Made by a program: the position numbers and the translations under genes. Source: Candidatus Thorarchaeota archaeon (GTDB lineage Archaea > Asgardarchaeota > Thorarchaeia > Thorarchaeales > Thorarchaeaceae). Taken from it: 64,000 nt of DNA. Location: the NCBI GenBank assembly GCA_048882045.1, contig JBHLRZ010000013.1:21365-85364 (forward strand), read 5' to 3'. This document shows positions 57,143-64,000 of this stretch, piece after piece. How positions within the stretch are numbered: position 1 is the stretch's first letter; each line of letters begins with the position of its first letter. The notes below the pieces were generated by a model, which worked only from the letters and a program-made list of their open reading frames with translations, searched no databases and was not told the DNA's origin.

Positions 57143-58612
57143 ATGAAGCCACTTGGAGCAATCACAAAGTTCTATCCTTTCTTGAGTGATGAAACCATCG
57201 TGATAATCGAAGACATCGTAGAAAGATCAGACTCTCTTCATGATATCACCGTAGGTCTTGTAGAGGAATATGCCAAGCATTCTATGGACTCGGATATGGG
57301 GATTCTGGCTACATTATTTGCTATAATCTATCCTGATACCTGGCTCTCACTTCTCACACTTAAAGAGAAATCCATCTTGACCTTGCCACTGATGATGTAT
57401 ATTGATGGTCCTAGTCTAAGCAACGAGAATCAGGATCTTTTCAAAAAAATACTAAAAGAAGCAATTGATTCAGAACCTGAAGATTGGATTCTCTTCTATC
57501 TATACTTAGCAGGAACATTGTTTCTACCAAATCCAGAGGCGGCTGGATACATAGAACAGGCTAGGAAGCTAGTTGAAATCAATCCTGATATTAGGAGGTT
57601 CTTGCCATTCGTTGCACAGGTCGAAGCCTATAGTCTTCGAAGTGAGGGGGACATACAAGGAGTGTTCAAGATATGCGATGAAGCTCTAGAGATCGCGAGA
57701 GAATATGATGATTTCCTCTCGATTTCGATTATTCTAATCGCGAAAGCAAACACAATAAAGGACCTTGACCCTCAAAAAGGATTAGAAATTCTTGAGGACG
57801 TTTATTCTCTCATTTTAGGAATATCCGGTAAGGAAGAAGCAAATTACTTTGTAGCACAACCCATGGCGCTTCCATATTATGCGATGGGAGAGTATGATAT
57901 GGCATTGGAGCTGATTCGTGAGAGTTATAATGTATTCATAAAATACTCTGAGAATGTTCCAATCTGGGAGGCCCTAGTATTTGCTAGAGTCTACAATGAT
58001 CTCGAGATGCCCAAGGAGGCGCTAGACTGGCTCTATGTATATTCAAGTGAGCTAGAGTTTTCAGAGGGACTTCCTAACTGTATCACAGCGTGTACATTCA
58101 CACTCCTTGAGCAGCTTGACAAGGCAGCAGTGTTTTTGGAAAAAGCTCGTCAGTATGCCTTTCAATCTGGATTTGACGGGGATGTGGGCAACTACCAGTT
58201 TGTGCAAGGGATGTATTGTCTCAAGGCTGGAGACATCTCTGCCGCAGTTGATTGTTTCGAACAATCATTGAATCTTTCGGACCCTCAATTCCAAGTTCAG
58301 GTGAACAGCTGTCTGAAAGCACTGACTCGGGTGGAAATAGCCAAAATAGATGTTAAAGCTGAAAATGTTGCTGAAACTTCAGGACCATGGATGACTCGTT
58401 TGAAAAAGCACGCATACGGGAAGAACTACCTGGGAATAATGATGGAGTATGCCCTACTGAAGGCAGAGTATCAGATAATGATTGGTGAGCACGAGGCAGC
58501 CAAGCAGACACTCACTGATGCTCTTGAGATCACAGACTCAGTGACAGTGAAGACTCTGAGGAAGAGAATCACTGACAGACTGAAGGAAATTCAAAAAGCT
58601 CAGGTCTCATAA
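57143..58612 (+). CDS. TPR-like helical repeat protein (MKPLG-start type typical of Thorarchaeota)
   Basis: MKPLGAITKFYPF N-terminus, TPR-like helices and a SGPWM..L...A C-terminal motif. Confidence 0.75.
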   Translation: MKPLGAITKFYPFLSDETIVIIEDIVERSDSLHDITVGLVEEYAKHSMDSDMGILATLFAIIYPDTWLSLLTLKEKSILTLPLMMYIDGPSLSNENQDLFKKILKEAIDSEPEDWILFYLYLAGTLFLPNPEAAGYIEQARKLVEINPDIRRFLPFVAQVEAYSLRSEGDIQGVFKICDEALEIAREYDDFLSISIILIAKANTIKDLDPQKGLEILEDVYSLILGISGKEEANYFVAQPMALPYYAMGEYDMALELIRESYNVFIKYSENVPIWEALVFARVYNDLEMPKEALDWLYVYSSELEFSEGLPNCITACTFTLLEQLDKAAVFLEKARQYAFQSGFDGDVGNYQFVQGMYCLKAGDISAAVDCFEQSLNLSDPQFQVQVNSCLKALTRVEIAKIDVKAENVAETSGPWMTRLKKHAYGKNYLGIMMEYALLKAEYQIMIGEHEAAKQTLTDALEITDSVTVKTLRKRITDRLKEIQKAQVS

Positions 58613-58726
58613 TCATTCACGATTGTGTGAATAAGCTGAGTTTCTAAACATCTTTATACAAGGAGTGGTAGAGATTATAGTTGGCAAATTACTGTAATTT
58701 GCAATATGTAATTAGAGGGATGCAAT

Positions 58727-59671
58727 GTGACAAAACAAAGGATATTCTTAGTCCTAGTTATCTGTGCAATATTAGGATTCATGGCAGTCCCAAACGCTCG
58801 AGCAGACACAATAACAGAGCAATATTTCGAAGGAACAATCACTGAATTCTATAACTACTATGATGAATACGGAAACCCCGTGCCAGAAGCGACCATAGAG
58901 TTTGACCTAGATGAAGGATTGGTAGAGATCGAGTTTGGTTGGAAGCCCTTCAAATTCGATATGGATGCATACATGTACATGGATGGAATGTGGATACCAT
59001 GGTGGGAAATCGATCTAGCTACAGCTGGAAATCCCGAGAGGGATATCTACTATGCTGATGCTGGCCACTATACTCTTGATCTTGAATTTTGGGTAGCGCA
59101 ACTTTATGAGCCTTGGAATATGGCACCACCTGATAAGACGGACTGGTGGGTCATCGTTCGGCAACCACCAGAAGGGGATGAAAGAACCGGTGGGACAGTC
59201 CATGCTTTTCCACATGTACCGCGCAGGATGCATGAAAACAACCTTCCCATGTCAGAAACCAACATCGTCTATCCGAAGCAGGTCATCAGCCACATCTCAC
59301 TTAATGACATGACTGGTTATGCAACTCATGAATTCCTAGCGAACGAAGCTCATGTTGTTGGACTATTCGCCTACGGGATTAATCCAGCATATTTCGAATC
59401 TGACAAGGAAACAAAAGCATGGTTGGATTCATGGACGTACTCCATCTATATCGATGGACAACCACTAGAAAGTCTAACGCAAGTCAAGGATGGACCAATC
59501 CGAAAGGACCATACAAATGGGCTTTACTATAAACGGTATGAACATGGCATCTTTAATGCAGGCGAGCTAGCCGGTCTAATAGGAACTGGAGAGCATACCT
59601 ATCGTATCGTGGAGTACCAATATGGTGTCGAAACTGGTTGGTTCTTCGAATCATACTTCTGTCTCGTGTAA
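58727..59671 (+). CDS. Secreted hypothetical protein
   Basis: Signal peptide ending ARA; aromatic-rich, beta-strand-like sequence; GTG start. Confidence 0.72.
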   Translation: MTKQRIFLVLVICAILGFMAVPNARADTITEQYFEGTITEFYNYYDEYGNPVPEATIEFDLDEGLVEIEFGWKPFKFDMDAYMYMDGMWIPWWEIDLATAGNPERDIYYADAGHYTLDLEFWVAQLYEPWNMAPPDKTDWWVIVRQPPEGDERTGGTVHAFPHVPRRMHENNLPMSETNIVYPKQVISHISLNDMTGYATHEFLANEAHVVGLFAYGINPAYFESDKETKAWLDSWTYSIYIDGQPLESLTQVKDGPIRKDHTNGLYYKRYEHGIFNAGELAGLIGTGEHTYRIVEYQYGVETGWFFESYFCLV

Positions 59672-59689
59672 CAGCTTGATAGAATAAAA

Positions 59690-59740
59690 GCCGCAGTCAA
59701 GACACTCCGGAAGAATTGCCTTGGCTGCGGTCCCCTTTTT
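59690..59740 (+). terminator. Hairpin plus T-tract
   Basis: gccgcagtcaag ... cttggctgcggt, then ccccttttt. Confidence 0.6.
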
Positions 59741-59981
59741 CAACCGATGCTCGTATGATTCATACTGAGAGGTGTAGACATCCTTGGTGATAGCGATCAA
59801 CGCAAAGTGATGTACTTGAGATTTAAACTAATAAAACATAGAACAATACAAAAAATAATAAACTACTCAATTGATGATAATATTGATATAGAAGTGACCA
59901 CATCATGAATATAGGAATCGCGGACCAGATTCCTCGATCTTATTTAGATTGTTGGTATGAAAAAGACGGGGTTTATTCGTA

Positions 59982-60686
59982 ATGAGTAGAATACATAATA
60001 TTCTGTCTCTCAGTGTAGTGTTGATACTGGTAGCAAGTCTGTTTGCTCCACTAGCTGTCAACGCTGCATACGTGTGGACAGATAATTTCAATGATGGAGA
60101 TTACAACAACTGGACAGTTTTGTATGGAACTTTCTCAGCTACAAGCTTTGAACTCAATACGTTCGCATCTCCGGGTGGAATAAACACAATTTACCATGAT
60201 AGTCTTTGTGTCTACGGTAATTGGGTTTTCGAACTATGGGAGAATGAAACTGACCAGGATGTATTTTTCATAAGTACTGACTGGAATACAAACTTGACTG
60301 ATGCGTATTCTATCAGTCTTGAATATGGAACCACTTCTTATGTCAAATTGTACATATGGGATGGTTTGAGCAGCACAGAGTTAGATAGTGCAGTAATAAC
60401 ACCAGAATATCCAGGAGGATACCATTACTACAACATAACACGATCAAGTACGGGACACTTCGATGTCCTTCGAGATGGGATTCTTGAACTTACAGCAGAT
60501 GATAACACCATTACAACATCGAAGTATTTCATTTACTCTCTCAATGGCATAGGTGCTATAGACAACATCTTCGTATCATGTGACCTAGGATCAGAATGCG
60601 GTACGACACCCTGCATTTACATTATTATCATAATCATACTAGTGATAATAGTCATCGTGCTCATTTGGAGATGGCGTCCAAGATAG
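59982..60686 (+). CDS. Surface-anchored beta-sandwich (LamG/concanavalin-like) protein
   Basis: Signal peptide; WTDNFNDG.Y..W, ITRS..G.F.V..DG and IDNI; Ile-rich TM followed by WRWRPR. Confidence 0.65.
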   Translation: MSRIHNILSLSVVLILVASLFAPLAVNAAYVWTDNFNDGDYNNWTVLYGTFSATSFELNTFASPGGINTIYHDSLCVYGNWVFELWENETDQDVFFISTDWNTNLTDAYSISLEYGTTSYVKLYIWDGLSSTELDSAVITPEYPGGYHYYNITRSSTGHFDVLRDGILELTADDNTITTSKYFIYSLNGIGAIDNIFVSCDLGSECGTTPCIYIIIIIILVIIVIVLIWRWRPR

Positions 60687-60770
60687 AATGGAAGGTTCAA
60701 TCTAGAACACTGCCTTAGAGGAACAATATGTTCCATATTTGCATAGGAGAAGGGAGTAGTTGGAATTAGG

Positions 60771-60798
60771 TATCGCCCCCCATGAATTAGGGGTGATA
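60771..60798. terminator. Hairpin between convergent genes
   Basis: tatcgcccc ... ggggtgata. Confidence 0.45.
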
Positions 60799-60812
60799 AA
60801 AATGGTCGGTAA

Positions 60813-61271
60813 TCAGGAATCAGATGTTCGAAGAGCCATTAGATGTGTCTTTGCCTTAAAGCCCTCAGATTCGTACAAAGGTTTTCCATGTTCCGAGGCA
60901 TGAAGGAAGAGGAGTCCAATCCTTTCCTGCTTGCAGACATCAATGACGTGTTTGAGTAGTTTTCTTCCAACACCTTTTCCTCGGTGTTCTCGTTCCACAA
61001 ACATATTGGAGAGATATGCATAGACTCCTTTGGGTTGAGAAACCTGTGGTGGAACTCTGAAAGAACTTATCCCACAGCCTCCGATAACATCACCGTTTGC
61101 TTCAACCAGAAAGTATCGATAGTCTTTGGTCCAGTCACCCTCTAGATATTTGTTAGTCAGTTCTATGGTCCCTTGTATATAGTCATCAGGTTCACCCATA
61201 TCCGTGAACATCCCGATTCGATGATGGAGGAGCCACTTTCCATCGTCCTTTGTCGCTTCACGAATCTTCAT
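60813..61271 (-). CDS. GNAT acetyltransferase
   Basis: IREAT, NMFV..EHRGKGVG..L and LHAS..G..LY...GF. Confidence 0.92.
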   Translation of the reverse strand: MKIREATKDDGKWLLHHRIGMFTDMGEPDDYIQGTIELTNKYLEGDWTKDYRYFLVEANGDVIGGCGISSFRVPPQVSQPKGVYAYLSNMFVEREHRGKGVGRKLLKHVIDVCKQERIGLLFLHASEHGKPLYESEGFKAKTHLMALRTSDS

Positions 61272-61332
61272 CTGAACAACTCTCAGTTGAGTGTGTTCAG
61301 TGGTTGAGCAATAAGGATTTGCAGATGCGCAG

Positions 61333-61545
61333 TTATTGCTTCAACATGCCAATGACTTGGTCTTTGTTGATTCTTCTTCCTTTGCCCTTGGCCACTTCCT
61401 GAAGTGGGTACACCATGCCGCAACCAGTACACTTCATGGCGGAGTAGACAACACTGCCACCACCAAATCCACCGCCTCCAACGACAACCTCATGGATTGC
61501 CATCTTGAAGTCTTCGGATCCACACATCTCACATGAAACTTTCAT
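61333..61545 (-). CDS. Small Zn-ribbon protein
   Basis: CEMCG ... CTGCG with a Gly-rich loop. Confidence 0.7.
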   Translation of the reverse strand: MKVSCEMCGSEDFKMAIHEVVVGGGGFGGGSVVYSAMKCTGCGMVYPLQEVAKGKGRRINKDQVIGMLKQ

Positions 61546-61579
61546 ACTTCACGCTTGGAATCAAGAAAGATAAACTCTG

Positions 61580-62386
61580 TTAAAATCCAAGGAGCGATTC
61601 CCGTTTTGCCACAGAATCGAGAACTCCTCCGCCATCAACATTGATGACCGTACCGACTATGTAACTAGCTCCTTCAGATGCAAGGAAAACCACTGTTTCA
61701 GCAATGTCTTCAGGCTCACCGACTCTCTTCAGAGGAACCTCCACCTCTATGTAGCGCTTGACCTTTTCAAGAGTCCAACCGGTTGCCTGTTGAGCCATTT
61801 CCTCAGGCTCCCAAGTACGTATCAATCCAGGAGTTATACAATTCACATTGATTCCATGAGGTGCAAGGTCCCCCGCTAGGCCTAAGGTCAGTCCGATGAT
61901 ACCTGCCTTACTCGCAGGATACTGAACACCTGAAGACAGACTTCCATCTGTTCCTGCACCACTAGAAATGTTGATGATTTTTCCGTACTTTGCAGGAATC
62001 ATCTTCTTGGCTACTGCTCTTGCACAATTGAAGTATCCAGTCAGGTTGACTGCAATCACCTTATCCCAAGTTTCCTGAGTGGTTTCAGTGACAATCGCGT
62101 ATCCACCAGATATGTAGGCATTGTTCACAAGGATATCTATACGTCCAAACATCTTGTAAACATCCTCGACCATCTCATCGACGGCTTTTACATCTGAAAC
62201 ATCCACTGTATATGACACTGCATTGAATCCTTTTGCTTTGATATCCTCAGCAGTTTTCTTGGCACCCTCAACGTTGATATCCACAATCACAGAGATTGCG
62301 CCTCTCTTTGCAAAAGCCCAAGCTGTGGCAGCTCCAATTCCTCTGGCGGCTCCGGTCACAATGGCTACTCTGTCTTTGAACTCCAT
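61580..62386 (-). CDS. Short-chain dehydrogenase/reductase (FabG-like)
   Basis: TGAARGIG, NNA, NISS, YPASK, VNCITPG and VDGG. Confidence 0.94.
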   Translation of the reverse strand: MEFKDRVAIVTGAARGIGAATAWAFAKRGAISVIVDINVEGAKKTAEDIKAKGFNAVSYTVDVSDVKAVDEMVEDVYKMFGRIDILVNNAYISGGYAIVTETTQETWDKVIAVNLTGYFNCARAVAKKMIPAKYGKIINISSGAGTDGSLSSGVQYPASKAGIIGLTLGLAGDLAPHGINVNCITPGLIRTWEPEEMAQQATGWTLEKVKRYIEVEVPLKRVGEPEDIAETVVFLASEGASYIVGTVINVDGGGVLDSVAKRESLLGF

Positions 62387-62508
62387 CAGACTCACTCTTC
62401 TTCAATAGGATGCAATCCACTATTAGAGAATAACTAATTGGGTCTTCTATTCCTCATCTTTGATGCACATGCGAAGGTTCAAGATGTAGATTGTCTGCTC
62501 ATCAGAGG

Positions 62509-63684
62509 ATGGTGTTGTTGAAGGACAAAGTAATCGAGTACATCGACGAGTTCAGTAGTCTATTTACTGATGTCAGTGACGAGATTCATCGAAATCCTGA
62601 GCTAGCGTTCAAGGAAGTACTTGCCTCAAAGCTCTTAGCCACTGAGTTGGAGAAAGCAGGATTTGAAGTGGATCTGGGTGTAGCAGGTCTAGAAACAGCA
62701 ATATTAGCAGTCCATCCCGAGAAGTCAGAGGGACCAACAATTGCAATTCTTGGGGAGTATGATGCTCTTCCTGAGATTGGACACGCTTGTGGTCACAATC
62801 TCATTGCTGGTGCTGCGCTTGGAGCATGCCTCGCGCTTGGATCAATAAAGAAGGAGTTGCCTGGGAAGCTGGTGTTCATGGGCACACCAGCTGAGGAGGA
62901 TATTGGCGGAAAAATTGCTATGATTGATGCGGGACTGTTCAAGGATGTTGACGCTGCTATGATGTTCCATCCTTCTGCAGGATACACTATGGTAGGTCGA
63001 AAGAGCCTAGCTCTAACAGAGGTCAATATCGAGTTTCATGGAAAACCAGCCCATGCAGCTGCAAGCCCTGAAAAGGGGATCAACGCACTCGATGCTATCA
63101 TACAGACCTTCAATGGAATCAATGCTCTGCGTCAACACATCATTAGCTCTTCAAGGATTCACGGTGTAATCACCCATGGAGGAGTAAAACCCAACATTGT
63201 TCCGGAGTTTGCATCTGCATCTTTCTATGTGAGAGCTGAGAAGGATGAATACTGCAAAGAACTGGTTAAGAAGGTCGAGAAATGTGCCAAAGGAGCAGCA
63301 GAAGCAACTGGAGCCAAACTGAAGTTTAAGGTAGTTACTCCATCATATCAAGCTAGGAATGTGAATAAAACCATGGGAAGCGTCTTTGTTAAGAATCTAA
63401 AGATTCTCGAAGTTTCCATCAATCCATTGCCAGAGGGAAGTGGAGCAGGATCAAGCGATATAGGAAATGTGAGCCAGGTCGTTCCAGCAATCCATCCATA
63501 CATCTCTATTGCTGATGATAGTGTGGCAGGACATTCACAGGAGTTTACAGAAGCAGCAGCTTCATACCATGGACACAGAGCAATGCTGGTTGCCGCCAAA
63601 GCCCTAGCAATGACTGCAATCGATTTCTATACAGATACGGAACTAATGTCAAAGGTGAAAAACGAGTTTAGTAAAAAATCATGA
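62509..63684 (+). CDS. M20-family amidohydrolase (AbgB/PM20D2-like)
   Basis: IH.NPEL.F.E, EYDALP.IGHACGHN, GTPAEE, MMFHP, GSSD.GNVS and GHS. Confidence 0.92.
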   Translation: MVLLKDKVIEYIDEFSSLFTDVSDEIHRNPELAFKEVLASKLLATELEKAGFEVDLGVAGLETAILAVHPEKSEGPTIAILGEYDALPEIGHACGHNLIAGAALGACLALGSIKKELPGKLVFMGTPAEEDIGGKIAMIDAGLFKDVDAAMMFHPSAGYTMVGRKSLALTEVNIEFHGKPAHAAASPEKGINALDAIIQTFNGINALRQHIISSSRIHGVITHGGVKPNIVPEFASASFYVRAEKDEYCKELVKKVEKCAKGAAEATGAKLKFKVVTPSYQARNVNKTMGSVFVKNLKILEVSINPLPEGSGAGSSDIGNVSQVVPAIHPYISIADDSVAGHSQEFTEAAASYHGHRAMLVAAKALAMTAIDFYTDTELMSKVKNEFSKKS

Positions 63685-63691
63685 TTTGGAA

Positions 63692-64000
63692 TTATCCGTT
63701 CGAATCGCTCCAAGACCAGACGTCCTCAATTATCGAACCAGACCTGAGAGTTCCCTCTCTATCTACATGTTCTCTCAACATGTCAGAACATTTCTGATAA
63801 TGGCTGAAGGCGTTCTCGATAGATGATTCATCAGCCTTGTCATATTCAACAATCATGAGTTGAAAGATTTCCATGTGCTCTGAGATGTCTGGTTCTAGAC
63901 CATGAAGGAATAGAATCGTTTCAGATGCGTGGTTCCTCACAAGGTAATCTGGATCCTTAGCCACGGTTTCATACAATGCTTCTACTACTTCCTCTGTAGG
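63692..64000 (-). CDS. 5'-partial protein, possible HEAT-repeat C-terminus
   Basis: Frame is open to the window edge (PTEEVVEALYETVAKDPDYLVRNHA); D.D..VR..A HEAT-like motif. Confidence 0.5.
   Translation of the reverse strand, partial: PTEEVVEALYETVAKDPDYLVRNHASETILFLHGLEPDISEHMEIFQLMIVEYDKADESSIENAFSHYQKCSDMLREHVDREGTLRSGSIIEDVWSWSDSNG

Noticed and set aside
1-64000. Mobile elements, prophage, defence systems or selenoprotein genes
   Set aside because: No integrase, transposase, capsid or nuclease motifs, and no in-frame TGA-split redox genes were seen.

Overview
64-kb window of ordinary, gene-dense archaeal chromosome, most likely an Asgard archaeon of the Thorarchaeota type. This is an inference from GGTGA/GAGG ribosome-binding sites, frequent TTG starts, the thiolase-DUF35 pair, a DUF2299-like protein, an MKPLG-start TPR protein, longin-like and Vps62-like domains, and many C-terminally anchored surface proteins. 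I found no rRNA, tRNA, CRISPR array, integrase or transposase. Housekeeping content: porDAB, nitrilase, thiolase/DUF35, acyl-CoA dehydrogenase, a LeuA/homocitrate-synthase-family enzyme, gamma-carbonic anhydrase, glutamine-dependent NadE, a three-gene two-component module, a MacB/LolD-type ABC exporter, LLM, SDR, and M20 and M28 peptidases. Most interesting signals: (1) two tandem paralogous surface proteins with the same ~550-aa head on ~24 versus ~6 Ig-like repeats; only the short one continues past its membrane helix into a longin-like domain, a winged helix and an acidic tail, giving a receptor-like architecture; (2) a ~215-nt heavily base-paired, pseudoknotted, switch-like non-coding element upstream of two osmC-like genes; (3) a 63-nt two-hairpin direct repeat with a compensatory change, ending in ACCA, that brackets one gene; (4) three tandem divergent cold-shock-domain-like proteins followed by a Zn-ribbon protein; (5) an ArsR-HTH/FYVE-like fusion, a PadR/pseudo-methyltransferase fusion, a LarA homologue lacking its catalytic residues, and a Vps62-like protein. 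Family assignments come from motif recognition by eye, not database searches.
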